This document shows positions 9,479-20,092 of a DNA stretch of 64,000 bases, one piece after another; position 1 is the first letter of the stretch; every line of letters starts with the position of its first letter. Made by a program: the position numbers and the translations under genes. This DNA is from Sedimentisphaerales bacterium. Lineage in GTDB: Bacteria; Planctomycetota; Phycisphaerae; Sedimentisphaerales; SM23-30. The stretch is from the NCBI GenBank assembly GCA_963663805.2, contig CAXXMR010000003.1, positions 32,001 through 96,000 of the forward strand, in the 5' to 3' direction. Below the pieces are notes generated by a model. The model saw only the letters and a list, made by a program, of their open reading frames with translations. It was not told where the DNA came from and searched no databases.

Positions 9479-12400
9479 TTACGGATTCAAATCATCGTTC
9501 ACATCTTCGAGCATGTCAAGCATATAGCTGCGGGAATTATTAGCGGCAATGCTCCAGGCATCGTCCTGGTCGGGGAAGTTGTATACCCATACGCTGGCGA
9601 AGGTTACGCCGGCGTTGGTCATGTCGTCGAGCATATCACTGAAGGCATCGGCGACGGTTGTGGTAACCAGCTCGCTGCCTTCCTTGACGCCGAACTCGCC
9701 GACATAGAGCGGTTTGCCCCAGCTTGCGGTATCAGTAACAGCCTGTGCCAAAGCGGCCGGTGTTGCTCCGCCGGTGCCGTAGTAATGGATACTGGCAACC
9801 TCGACCGCGGCATGGTCTTCGTATACTTCGGGGCCGCCGTAGGTTTCACCGGTTTTGTTGATGCTATAACCGTTGGTAGTCATGCGGGCCTTGTCAACCT
9901 TGCGAACCGCGGCATTGAAATTAGCGACATACTGCCGGGCCAGGGTATTGTTAATGCGGTCCAGAGTATTATCTCTGGTCAGCGGATGGCCGTAGATGGC
10001 TTCAAGGACCGGTGCCAGCGCGTTACCGGCGGCGGCGAGATTATACTCGTTGCCGAGCTCCCAGCCGTAGAATACGGGGCAGTTTTTATAGCGGCGGTAG
10101 ATTTCACGGATATAGTTTTCCATGAATTTGCAACTGTCGCTATTAGGATTGCCCAACTGGTCCATGTGTTCGCCGACGACATCAGCCAGCAGATACCAGC
10201 TCCAGAACAGGTCGATAATAACACCGACATTGTTCGCTTCCGCAGTGGCCATTACATCATCCATAATCTCAAAATAACGGTCCTTGTCCTCGAAATACAA
10301 GGCCCAGTCCTTGACATGACGGCAGCTTCCCCACATTCTGACGAAGGGGATGTTTTTGTCGGCCAGTGCGGCAAATCCCGGTTCATAGCTGAAGTCGTCC
10401 TGATTCTGGACTCTGCGGGTAAAGGGGTCGATGTAATTTACGCCGTAGCCTTTGAACTGCGAGCTGGCGAGCTTGACCAGGCCGCTTTCAGCGTATAAAC
10501 CCATCGGAGCATCTACCACCATAAAGCTCCAGACCTTGCCCTTGCGGACGGTTGAGCCTTCGACGGTGTCGATACGCCAGTAGTATTTCTGCCCGCTGGT
10601 AAGGCTGGGGCAGTTCCATTGGCCGGTCGAGGTATTGGTCTGATAGGCCGGGTCGCTGGTAGTTGCCAGTGACGCCTGGTTGTAATTGTCAGCGAAATAT
10701 ACATTGCATCCGGTAATGGCTGGGTCGGTTTCCCAGGTCAGGGTTACCGCGGCGTTTACAACATTGTTGTCGCCGGTGACGGGGTATTCATTGTCGGCGA
10801 GCATGGGGTCGCTGCCGGTTGTGAATGACCAGAGGTCGCCGGTGACAACTTCGGTGCCGACGGTTGAATCGACCATCCAGTAATACTTCGTGTCATATTC
10901 GAGTGTAACTGGATATGAGACACTGCTGTTGGGGTCGGAATCCAGAGTTGCCATCTCGTAGAGTGTCATTGACTGCTGCCATTCAGCTGCCATTACTGCG
11001 AAATCGCGCAGGTTGACTTCATTGTCGCCGGTAATGTCGGCCTGAGCAACTTCCTGCCAGCCATCGGAGAGATAGTTTTCGGAGGAGAATCATCAGGTCG
11101 TCAAAATCAACCGTTTCGTCTTCGTTCAAGTCGGCCTTGAGCGCCTCGCCGAGGTAGAGCGTTTCGCTGTCGATGAACGCCCCAGCCGTCCAGCCCAGCG
11201 TGGTCGCGTAGGCATCTACCGCTTTATCGGCGGGAATAGGTGCATAGGCTTTTCTCTTGTCGGCTCTGGCGGTCAGCACGGTCTGTTCCTCAACAGTGTC
11301 ATAGTACATATCGACAATACTATTGGGGTCAGTTCCGCCGTAAGCGACGATATGGCCGGCATTGATCCAGCCCTGCACGGTCGCGGTCTGGTCGCCGTTG
11401 AATTTGACTACACCTTCGTAGATGTCGATATTTCCGGTTTCGCCGGTGTCGAAGGGTTCACCACTTTCGCGCATGGTCTCGATCCAGAGCAGCCCGTCGA
11501 GGACTTTGATACCGCCGCGACCTTCGGCGGTTTGTTTGAAGCTCCAGTATTTCAGAGTTATCCGCAGGTATCCTTCCAGATTGAATACCCCGCCGTCAGA
11601 TTCCAGAATAATCCATCTACATCTGCTGCCGGCATCGATATTTACTGTACCATTGGCCCGGCAGTAAAATCTGTAGAGCTGCCAGTAGCCGTTTTCGAGA
11701 TTGACTACCTGGTCGAGTCCGTCATAACCGAGGAAGAAATTACCGCCCAGCGAGAAGTAACTTACGGTCATGGTAGTGTTGGGCATACGTGATTCGGAAA
11801 TCTTGCCTTCATGGCCGGTGTATTTTGGTATGGGTTCTTCGGCTACTTCGGAGTGCCAGTTGAGTTCATCGTTCCAGCTCGTGCCGTCGCCGCAGGCAAT
11901 CCACTGATAGTCGAGCGTTTTCAAAGAGCCGTCATGGGTTCTCTGGAAAAGCTCCAGCGGTTCGCTGTTGATGGTAACGCTCCAGGTGTCGCCGGTGACG
12001 ATCCCTGTACCGCTGCTGGTTACTTCGTCAACCCGCCAGAGATAATTTGCTCCGCGTGCGGCTGAAATCTGCCAGTTGAGGCCGGTATAAGGCGTCCCGG
12101 CATCGCTTACCAGATTTAGCGTAGTGGAATTAGGGTCGGAGACATATATATTGTAACCGATAAGGTCGGTAACATCTCTGCCAGGCTGCCAGTTGAGTTG
12201 AATGGTTTTCACGGTCATCGACGGTTAGTTCCATACCGTTCTGAGGCCAGGTATATTTCGCCGCGACAACATTAACCGCCTGCACGGTAGTTTTATTGGA
12301 GTCGGCGTTATAAACAATCTGAATTTCGTAATCAGGATTGGTCCCGCCCCAGGCTACGATATTGCCGTTATCGACATGCCATTGCAGGGCGATAGTGCAA

Positions 12401-13665
12401 TCACCGTCCATCATCAGAGTCCCGCCGCGGAAGTCCATTAGGCCTGTGAACTCCGGATTACGAGTGGTGATGTTTGGGCTGTTCACGGAAAATTTTGTAC
12501 CGTTTTTGATTTGCAGAGTGCCGCCGTTCAGTGTTGTGACAGAGCTGCCCATGAACGCCCAGGCACCGCTGCGGACCACGAACAGTCCGCCGTTGAGGTT
12601 GATGGTACTGTCAGCGAAGCGACCTTCCCAGGCATCGAATCCGCCGCCGTTCATATTCAGCACACCCCGCGGGCCAATATAAAGACGCACCAGATAGTAA
12701 TATCCGCCGTTTTCGATATTGAGCGTATAAGTGCCAGCCGGATCTTCGGGGCGACCAAGCCAGGCCTTGCCGGAACGGGCATCGCTGGTGTCAATCGTTA
12801 CATTGTAATCCTCGCCCGCCTTCATACCCACAAAAGTGAAATCGGTGATGGTGGGGTGAGTGTAAATCGGGGTCATGCCCAGCGACCAGTTGGCCGCGTC
12901 CGACCAGGTTGTCCCGTCGCCGTTGCCGGTCCATCTGTTGGCACAATAGAGCGTGGTTACATCTTCGGTTTCATCATATTCAAGCACCGGGCCGACACCA
13001 CCAGCTCCGCCGCACATAATGAAATTGCCGTTGGTGATGTGCCACTGGATGGCGGTGCGGGTATCACCTTCCATAATCAGCATGCCGCCGCTTACATCGA
13101 GAACACCGACAAAGTTGGGATTCTGTACGGAATTACCGTAAGAGAACTTGTCACCGTTCTGGATTGAGAGAGTGCCGCCGTAAAGCCCGATGGTCCCGGT
13201 GTAACTGCCGCTATTAAGGGCAATCCACTTATCGGAAGTTACCGTCACATCACCATTGTAGAGATTGAATTTTCCCGCCCCGACCTTTAGCTCATCCAGA
13301 GTGAGTGAGCCGCCGTACATGTTCATAGTACCGCGGTAGCCGATGTACATTCTTACCAGATTGTAGTCGGTGCCGGGTTGGAGGTTGAGGGTGTAGTTGA
13401 AGGCGGGGTCTTCGGGTCTGCCCAGCCAGGTTTGGCCCGAACCTGCGGTGCCGTCAATATTGACAGTCAGGTCTGAGGTCGCGTCCACCCCGACAAAGGT
13501 CAGCATGGAACCATCTTCATTGTAAACCGGTAGAGTGCCCAGCGTCCAGTTCGAGCTATCGGACCAACTTGTGCCATCTCCGCCTCCACTGAAGATGTTG
13601 TTGGCGGCAAATGCCGGACTAAAGCAAAACGCGACGATGCAAACCCAGACAGCATTTTTAAACAT
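9479..13665 (-). CDS. Large secreted modular glycoside hydrolase: three passenger-like repeats, Fn3/Ig-like domains, dockerin-like pair, C-terminal GH5-like (clan GH-A) domain; two apparent +1 frameshifts (~12207, ~11084)
   Basis: ORFs 12130-13665, 11019-12218 and 9479-10993 join; GDGTSWxDxxNW repeats; YYWRID; catalytic-type WELGNEY, SIHYY, YVGEFG. Confidence 0.75.
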
Positions 13666-13717
13666 AGTATAGTCTCCTCTAATTGTATCGGTTCTCTAAC
13701 AACCTGTATTTATTACA

Positions 13718-14809
13718 TTACGCTCTGCGACGGAAAACACCTAATACTCCGCCCAGCCCCAGCAGTAAAGCCGCCATCGGTTCCGGTATATAAGCCGAAA
13801 TAGTGGTTTGGTCTTCATTGCTGTCATAGGCATAGCAAAACGAGCCGGCTCCGTCAAAAGCGGTTACGTCACCATAGGCGGTAATGTCGCAGATATTGCC
13901 GTCCAGTACCAGCAGGCCATCGGTGATGTCTAGCGTGCTGAGCGAGTTCAGGGCCAGGTTTCCGGCTGTTATGATACCGCCGTCCAGATTAAAAGACGCC
14001 AGTCCGTTACTGCCGATGGTAAGACTGCCGCAGTTGACGGCCCCGCCGGTCATGTTGACGAGGGCTTCGGCATATTCAGCGCCGCCCAGCCGGAAATCAT
14101 TGGCAACGTTAATAAGGCCGGTTCCCGAAAGTGAAAGAACCGCTTTGCTGTGTGTGGCGAACAACAGTTCGTTGCCGACGTTGAAGCTGCCGCCGTCGAT
14201 AGTGACAATTTCATCTGCTCTGGTCGTGCCGGCGTATGCGGCGGAATGAGCGCCGAACTCAGCGATGCGGGCGGTGCCGCTGACGGTCAGGTCGCCGCTG
14301 TGGATGGTGATGGAACTGCCGCCGAGAGATTCTTCTTTTAGGGATGTGTTCAAAACCGACGCGTTGATTGAGCCGCCGTCGATTTCGACGATACCCTTGC
14401 CGTACCAGCCGATACCGATACCGAGTGTGCCGTTAAAAGTCAAACTGCCGCTGTCAGCATAGATGGTGCCGGTATCCGCGATATTGTAACCCAGAATACC
14501 GTATCCGCCGGTGCTGTTTAAGCTGCCGCCGTTGACGGTCAGTACCGAACTGCCGGTCTTGCCTGAACCGGCCCCGCCGAGGTAGAGATGCGAGGTCATA
14601 GTGACATTTACCGAACTGTCCATTTCCACATTGGCCGCCTGGATATAAACCCTGCCGGTTCCAGTCGGCCCGTTGGGGGCGGTGTCGTCCACCCAGTTTT
14701 GCCCGGTGGACCAAAGGTTATTGGCTCCGCCGCCGTCCCAGGTGAAATCCGCCGCTTGAGCCACAGTAGCTGCACACAAAGCCAGACAAATAATCAGTGT
14801 TTTTTTCAT
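13718..14809 (-). CDS. PEP-CTERM surface protein with Gly-rich passenger-like repeat
   Basis: Signal peptide MKKTLII; C-terminus IPEPMAALLLGLGGVLGVFRRRA. Confidence 0.9.
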   Translation of the reverse strand: MKKTLIICLALCAATVAQAADFTWDGGGANNLWSTGQNWVDDTAPNGPTGTGRVYIQAANVEMDSSVNVTMTSHLYLGGAGSGKTGSSVLTVNGGSLNSTGGYGILGYNIADTGTIYADSGSLTFNGTLGIGIGWYGKGIVEIDGGSINASVLNTSLKEESLGGSSITIHSGDLTVSGTARIAEFGAHSAAYAGTTRADEIVTIDGGSFNVGNELLFATHSKAVLSLSGTGLINVANDFRLGGAEYAEALVNMTGGAVNCGSLTIGSNGLASFNLDGGIITAGNLALNSLSTLDITDGLLVLDGNICDITAYGDVTAFDGAGSFCYAYDSNEDQTTISAYIPEPMAALLLGLGGVLGVFRRRA

Positions 14810-14900
14810 GACATTTTCCTCCAGGTAAAAAGATTGAAACATTTTCCGTGAATACTTTTACATTCCTTCTTTAGGTGGGCTGTACTCGGCACCTGAGAGC

Positions 14901-14964
14901 ATTATATTATAGTTTCGGACGCTATCATACACGGCTTTGCGCATAACTATCGCCATTACGCGCA
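14901..14964 (-). promoter_or_regulatory. Direct-repeat activator box (copy 2) plus -10 TATAAT
   Basis: GCGCAtaactatcgccattacGCGCA 14939-14964; -10 at 14901-14906. Confidence 0.75.
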
Positions 14965-15019
14965 AATAAGACCTATCGCAGTATGGGGAATTTAAATGCC
15001 TTAGTCAGGCCGGAAATCC

Positions 15020-18000
15020 CTAAAAATCCAACTGGAAGGTGTTCTCCAGGCCCGGTGCTTCTGTGACCGTGATGGTAACCGAACTCGAAGTTGAGCTTAT
15101 GATTTGGGCGCTCATCTGAGCAGGTGTGTCCTGACCGGGAATAATCAGCCAAGCAAAAATCGTATCACCGGTAATATCAGCGGAATACATCGCGGTAGAA
15201 TTTGCTTCGTATAGACCGTATTCTACACTGTACCAGCCCTGAACGGATGGACTGAGTTGGCCGGAGATAATATCCAGAGTCCAGCCCACCGAACCGACCG
15301 GGACAATTCTCATATTACCAAGCCCGGCGTCTGTGGTCAGTGTTTCCAGGCCGCTGCTGCCGACCGTACATTCCGGGTGGAAATGCCACAATGTTTCAAT
15401 ACTGCGGGCCCGGTCTGTTATAAACCTGTCCACGATGACCCAGTATTTACCGCGTTCATATCGCATCAGTCGCTGCTGATTGGCAGTGCCTTCGATGCCG
15501 TCATAACCGTTTGTCAAAGATGCTTTGGCGAAATCGTAAGTTGGGGTTATCTGACAATCATTTGTTTGGGGCGAACTGTTTTTTGTCAGGCCGACCTTCT
15601 GGTTCATGCCTGCCAGTCTCGCTACATTATGCGAAGCAGTACCCACCGCATAACCACGGTAAGTTGCAGCGATGTCGCCGTAGTATGCGAACCTGCCGGC
15701 ATCCACCAGAATATCTCTGCCGTAAGCGTCCGCGGAGAAATGCATTCGGTCGAGATGCAGGTGACCGCCGCCTATGCCCGCCGGGCCCAGATCGAAGAAC
15801 GACCAGTGAGCGTCATAATCCCAACCGCTACGGCTGATAAGTTGACCTGCCCACGGGAAAAATACCGATGGCTCACCTGTTGGCAAAGTTCCTTCAGCTC
15901 CGTTAGTGGCGGTATAAATCCAGTCAGGCCGTTCAAAAACATCAGCAGCGGCAACAAACAGACTGCGATAGTCGTGCAAGTCGGTGTCACTGTTAAGCGG
16001 ACTGTAACCGTTAGGCCGGACTGCCATCGCCAGATAATTCCACATCAATTCCAGACAGTCATCATAGTCTTCATCTACCGGCTGGCCGCTGTTTTTCGCC
16101 AGTTCAGCGATGTAATTAAATTCCTTCAGGGCGACATAATGATAACTTGTAGTCAGTTCGGCATGTACGCCGTCAGGCAGAACCTGACTGTTGATCTGAG
16201 GAAGAACTTTCGTAAAGGCATAATCCAGATACGCCTCCGACTGTTCCAGTTCAGGCCAGCCGCCGCCGACAGTCGCTACTCCGCGCATTTCAGTCAGCAG
16301 CCAGTTGCCGCCTGACTGATGATTATCCAGCAGGAACTGGGCGTGATTACGCAATGTCGAGAGAATCAGCAGCTTGGTGACATCATCAAAGTTCGGGTCG
16401 TCATACAGACGATAGAATAGTTCCATGAAAACACCTGCCCGGATCGCTACTTCCAGCCCACGCCATTCCGGATTTGAAGTCGTCGCCGAATACGGACAAT
16501 TCAGAATCCAGTCCTGAATTTCTTCGTTAATACGTTCAAGGTAGATAGTGTTCCCTGTGCTTCGATAGGCACGTTCTAGTATGCCAGGAAGATACTGGAA
16601 ACGATTATGCATCCACGCCCATTCATAATCATTTTCCGGTCCCAGATATTTCCAGTTCAAAGTGCCTGCGGCGGTTCGCGGCACCTGTCCCAGTACATTC
16701 TGATGCGTGTACCTATCCTGAAGAATCAAATCCGCGGCAATGATTGTATCTTCGGTTGCCTCGCTGATTTCAGTCCCTCTGAGCCATGAACCAGACGAAC
16801 AAACGCGATAGTAATTCAGAAGTTTTCGACAGGCCAGCTTCCAGTTACCTTCGCTGACTGCCTGATTTACTTCCGCCAGTTCCGGCAGAGTTAAATCAAA
16901 ATTATCAAAAATCCCTTCTACAATGTCAGGATGTTCCTCATAAAGCCAGTAAATGTCTTTTTTGGCTGTGCTGATTGTCTTGAATTGCCATTGCTGACCT
17001 GTTGAGCTTCCTTCGGTAGTAGTTGTGTCCACCCGCCAGACATATTCGGTATCTCCCGCCAGTGCCGTAGTCGGTGTGTAAACATACTCCGCCATTGAGC
17101 CGGACTCGTTAAGAAACGTCTCTATCTCTGTCATAACCGTTTCATTATTCCACTCCCCGGCTATTGCCGCGAAATCGCAAAGGTCAATCGCAAGATCATG
17201 GTTAATATCCGCGGTATCCAACGCCTCGACCGAATCGCTCAGGAAATAGTTCGCCAGCACAGACAAGTCGTCAATATCTACACTAAAATCATCATTCAAA
17301 TCAGATTTGTATTTTTGCCCCATATATAACGTGCCGCTCAAAACGACAGGCGGAACTTTCCAGCCCAGAGAGGTATCGACAGCAACACTTGTGGCGTTAT
17401 CACTGGGAGACTCATCATAAGCATTAGTGCCGTAAACCGCGATAACATGAGTTTGGCTGCCATCATAGGTTGTTTCCAGGTGGTAAGCACCGTCACCATC
17501 GTAGGCGACCAGATTACCATTATCGATATGCCAGTTAAGCGGTGCCACCCAATTACCATTCATAATCAACTCGCCGCCGGCAAGATTGAGAATACCGCTG
17601 AATCTGGAATTGTAAATCACTCCTGTTCCGCTATCAGTTGCGGGATAGGCCGAAAAGCTGCTGTTGTTATTTATCCGGATAGGACCGCTGGTAAGATTGA
17701 CGGTTGCGCCATCTTCGATTCGCCAGGCGTTACTCGATATGTTAAGTTCACCTCCGGTTACATTGCCGATAGAACCGCTGCTTTGAAATATACATTCCGG
17801 GACACTGACTACTCCGCCGTTCACATTAAGCGTCCCTCTGTAACCCACATAAAGTCGCACCAGAGAATAATCGCCGCCCTCCTCAATATTCAAAATATAT
17901 GTCCCGCCCGCTGTCTCTGGGATACCAATCCACGTTCTTCCTGAACCGGCTTCTCCGTCAATGGTTACCGAATAATTGGCATTCTCATCGTAAAAGCCGA

Positions 18001-18835
18001 TATAAGTCAGCATCAAATCAGTTGTGTTATAAACCGGAACAACATCTAAAGACCAGTTGTCAGGGTCGCTCCAGCTTGTTCCATCGCCGTCACCGGTAAA
18101 ATAATTGTTACCGCTTACGATCTCAACAGCCTCGACCCAGGTATAACCGCTTTCGTAAGTGACCTGTAAATCGTAACTCGAATCGCCATTGTAGGCAATT
18201 ATATTACCGTTACTGATATGCCACAGGATAGCACTGGTATCATCGCCGGCGGTACGCATCTTGCCGCCGCAAATATCTACTACGCCGGTGAAATTTGGAT
18301 TGTAGCCGGTGCCGTTGTAGCCCGAAAAACTGCTGCTGTCCCCCATATAAAGGGTCGCGTTCTCATGTACCTTAATGACGGCGCCTGTCTTAATGTCCCA
18401 CCAGTTACTGGCCCAGCCCAGCGAACCGGAGTTGATATTTACCGTGGCACCGACAAAATTAGCTCCCCAGGCATTAACTGAACCGCCATTAACATTTAGA
18501 ACACCGTGAGAACCTATACCAAATTTTTTGTAGCTGACCGTATTATAGGTCGCGCCGCTCTGGACATTAAGTGTATGGGTGCCGGTATCCGAAGAACCGC
18601 CCAGAACCATTTGGCCTGAAACTGCCGTACCAGTGATGTTGACTGTGAGGTTGCTGGCAGCGTTCCTGCCGATATAAGAATCTTCAGATGTGCTGGAAAT
18701 CGGAAGTGTGCCGCGCGACCAGTTTGAGGTATCGGACCAACTGCTGCCGTCCCCTCCGCCGGTAAAAACATTGTCAGTACCAAATACCGTCGAAGAAACA
18801 CAAATCACAAACAGCAGGAACAGTTTTTTTGGCAT
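15020..18835 (-). CDS. Secreted heparinase II/III-family (PL12-like) polysaccharide lyase with two N-terminal passenger-like repeats and a dockerin-like pair
   Basis: GGAGG RBS before MPKKLF (18835); GGNWLLTE, ELTTSYH, GHLHLD, LVDAG, ASHN motifs typical of heparinase II/III proteins. Confidence 0.85.
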   Translation of the reverse strand: MPKKLFLLFVICVSSTVFGTDNVFTGGGDGSSWSDTSNWSRGTLPISSTSEDSYIGRNAASNLTVNITGTAVSGQMVLGGSSDTGTHTLNVQSGATYNTVSYKKFGIGSHGVLNVNGGSVNAWGANFVGATVNINSGSLGWASNWWDIKTGAVIKVHENATLYMGDSSSFSGYNGTGYNPNFTGVVDICGGKMRTAGDDTSAILWHISNGNIIAYNGDSSYDLQVTYESGYTWVEAVEIVSGNNYFTGDGDGTSWSDPDNWSLDVVPVYNTTDLMLTYIGFYDENANYSVTIDGEAGSGRTWIGIPETAGGTYILNIEEGGDYSLVRLYVGYRGTLNVNGGVVSVPECIFQSSGSIGNVTGGELNISSNAWRIEDGATVNLTSGPIRINNNSSFSAYPATDSGTGVIYNSRFSGILNLAGGELIMNGNWVAPLNWHIDNGNLVAYDGDGAYHLETTYDGSQTHVIAVYGTNAYDESPSDNATSVAVDTSLGWKVPPVVLSGTLYMGQKYKSDLNDDFSVDIDDLSVLANYFLSDSVEALDTADINHDLAIDLCDFAAIAGEWNNETVMTEIETFLNESGSMAEYVYTPTTALAGDTEYVWRVDTTTTEGSSTGQQWQFKTISTAKKDIYWLYEEHPDIVEGIFDNFDLTLPELAEVNQAVSEGNWKLACRKLLNYYRVCSSGSWLRGTEISEATEDTIIAADLILQDRYTHQNVLGQVPRTAAGTLNWKYLGPENDYEWAWMHNRFQYLPGILERAYRSTGNTIYLERINEEIQDWILNCPYSATTSNPEWRGLEVAIRAGVFMELFYRLYDDPNFDDVTKLLILSTLRNHAQFLLDNHQSGGNWLLTEMRGVATVGGGWPELEQSEAYLDYAFTKVLPQINSQVLPDGVHAELTTSYHYVALKEFNYIAELAKNSGQPVDEDYDDCLELMWNYLAMAVRPNGYSPLNSDTDLHDYRSLFVAAADVFERPDWIYTATNGAEGTLPTGEPSVFFPWAGQLISRSGWDYDAHWSFFDLGPAGIGGGHLHLDRMHFSADAYGRDILVDAGRFAYYGDIAATYRGYAVGTASHNVARLAGMNQKVGLTKNSSPQTNDCQITPTYDFAKASLTNGYDGIEGTANQQRLMRYERGKYWVIVDRFITDRARSIETLWHFHPECTVGSSGLETLTTDAGLGNMRIVPVGSVGWTLDIISGQLSPSVQGWYSVEYGLYEANSTAMYSADITGDTIFAWLIIPGQDTPAQMSAQIISSTSSSVTITVTEAPGLENTFQLDF

Positions 18836-18887
18836 CAAACACCTCCGGGGACTACTTTTAGGGCGAGTAATCATTCTCTGACTACCC

Positions 18888-18951
18888 ATCGTAATGATTA
18901 TCGGTTGATTTCGCCATGCCTATTCGCGCACAATTCTCTCCATAATGCGCA
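18888..18951 (-). promoter_or_regulatory. Direct-repeat activator box (copy 3) plus -10 TACGAT
   Basis: GCGCAcaattctctccataatGCGCA 18926-18951; -10 at 18888-18893. Confidence 0.75.
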
Positions 18952-18971
18952 AACATTGTTGACTATCCCCC

Positions 18972-19017
18972 AAAAAAGCCAGGCCGATACGTTCTGGGGA
19001 GAAGACGTATCGGCCTG
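18972..19017 (-). terminator. Terminator after PEP-CTERM gene 19051-19806
   Basis: 13-bp stem caggccgatacgt/acgtatcggcctg plus A6 run. Confidence 0.7.
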
Positions 19018-19050
19018 AACCATAAAAAGTACTGATTTAACTTTAATTCC

Positions 19051-19806
19051 TTACCGGCGTTTGCGGAATGACATCAGCCCGCCCAGCCCCAGCAAAGCTA
19101 TGGTTGCCGGTTCCGGAACTGCGGTAACATAGGTTTTGCCGGTCTCGGAATCGTAGGTGATTGACAGTTTACTGTCGTCGGTATCGCCGTAAGCTGTGAA
19201 GAAATCATTGGCGGCATAAGTGGTCAGGGTACTGACTTTATCACCGGAAATCTGAAACGTACCTCCGCAAATATCCACATTGCCGTCAACGCCATAGGAG
19301 TAGCCCGACAGAAGACTCAGCGAGAAAACCCCGCCTTCGTTGATCGTAACGGTAGTGCCGGATTTGACCGCCCACCAGTTGGTAGAGTTGTAGAACAATC
19401 CACCGTCATGGATATTAATTTCAGAACCGCCCATCATGAACCCCCAGGTGCTTAAAATACCGTCGATATTGATTGTTGCTTTTGTGCCGGTGTTTAGCTG
19501 CTTATAGTTACTTACTGTAAGCCTGCCTTCGATATTAAGCGTACACGAGCTTGCCGAATCGCTGCTCTGTCCGATATAAGTATCGTAGGATGTAGCTAGT
19601 ACCCCGGAAGCAATATTAACTGTAAGATTACCGCTGGCGTTTTTTCCGATATAGGTCGGACTATAGTGAAGCGGAACAGTAGTGGGATTCCAATTTGCTG
19701 CGTCATTCCAACTGCTGCCATCGCCGCCGCCATCCCAGATTATGTCCGTTGCGAAAGCTATACTGCAACTCAAAACACACAGTAGAAATAGAACTTTTTT
19801 CAACAT
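19051..19806 (-). CDS. PEP-CTERM surface protein (single passenger-like module)
   Basis: Signal peptide; WDGGGDGSSWNDAANW; VPEPATIALLGLGGLMSFRKRR. Confidence 0.9.
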   Translation of the reverse strand: MLKKVLFLLCVLSCSIAFATDIIWDGGGDGSSWNDAANWNPTTVPLHYSPTYIGKNASGNLTVNIASGVLATSYDTYIGQSSDSASSCTLNIEGRLTVSNYKQLNTGTKATINIDGILSTWGFMMGGSEINIHDGGLFYNSTNWWAVKSGTTVTINEGGVFSLSLLSGYSYGVDGNVDICGGTFQISGDKVSTLTTYAANDFFTAYGDTDDSKLSITYDSETGKTYVTAVPEPATIALLGLGGLMSFRKRR

Positions 19807-19910
19807 AGTCTTCTCCTTTTCAGTAATACATCTAAACTCAAGAGCGGTATAGGCCCGCTAAACATTTTCCCTTGACTAAGGCTTTGCACACTTAAAACCG
19901 TCACTACTCT

Positions 19911-19974
19911 ATCATATCTGGTAAGGGATGGGGGAACAATACGGCATCGCGCATAATTATCTCCATTTGGCGCA
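19911..19974 (-). promoter_or_regulatory. Direct-repeat activator box (copy 4) plus -10 TATGAT
   Basis: GCGCAtaattatctccatttgGCGCA 19949-19974; -10 at 19911-19916. Confidence 0.75.
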
Positions 19975-19995
19975 GCGAAATTATTAAAAACAGGC

Positions 19996-20024
19996 TTTAC
20001 AAGTTTCTGTCATTTTTGTATTAT
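19996..20024 (+). promoter_or_regulatory. Sigma70-type promoter of ABC transporter operon
   Basis: TTTACA-17 nt-TATTAT. Confidence 0.6.
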
Positions 20025-20092
20025 CAACCTACTTGTGTTGTTGTAGTTCTGCAGAAATTCACCTTTATATTTGGTGAAGCGGATGTAAATGA

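Noticed and set aside
9140..10498. 452 aa + strand ORF and similar long antisense ORFs (15257-16315, 20378-21331, 30351-31625, 60978-61823)
   Set aside because: Shadows of well-supported genes on the opposite strand; no motifs or RBS.
18836..18889. Upstream start of the heparinase-like ORF at 18889
   Set aside because: Overlaps the predicted -10; the GGAGG RBS and signal peptide fit 18835.
14838..19870. AAACATTTTCC shared in leaders of two PEP-CTERM genes (~14838, ~19860)
   Set aside because: Only two short AT-rich copies; could reflect leader paralogy or chance.
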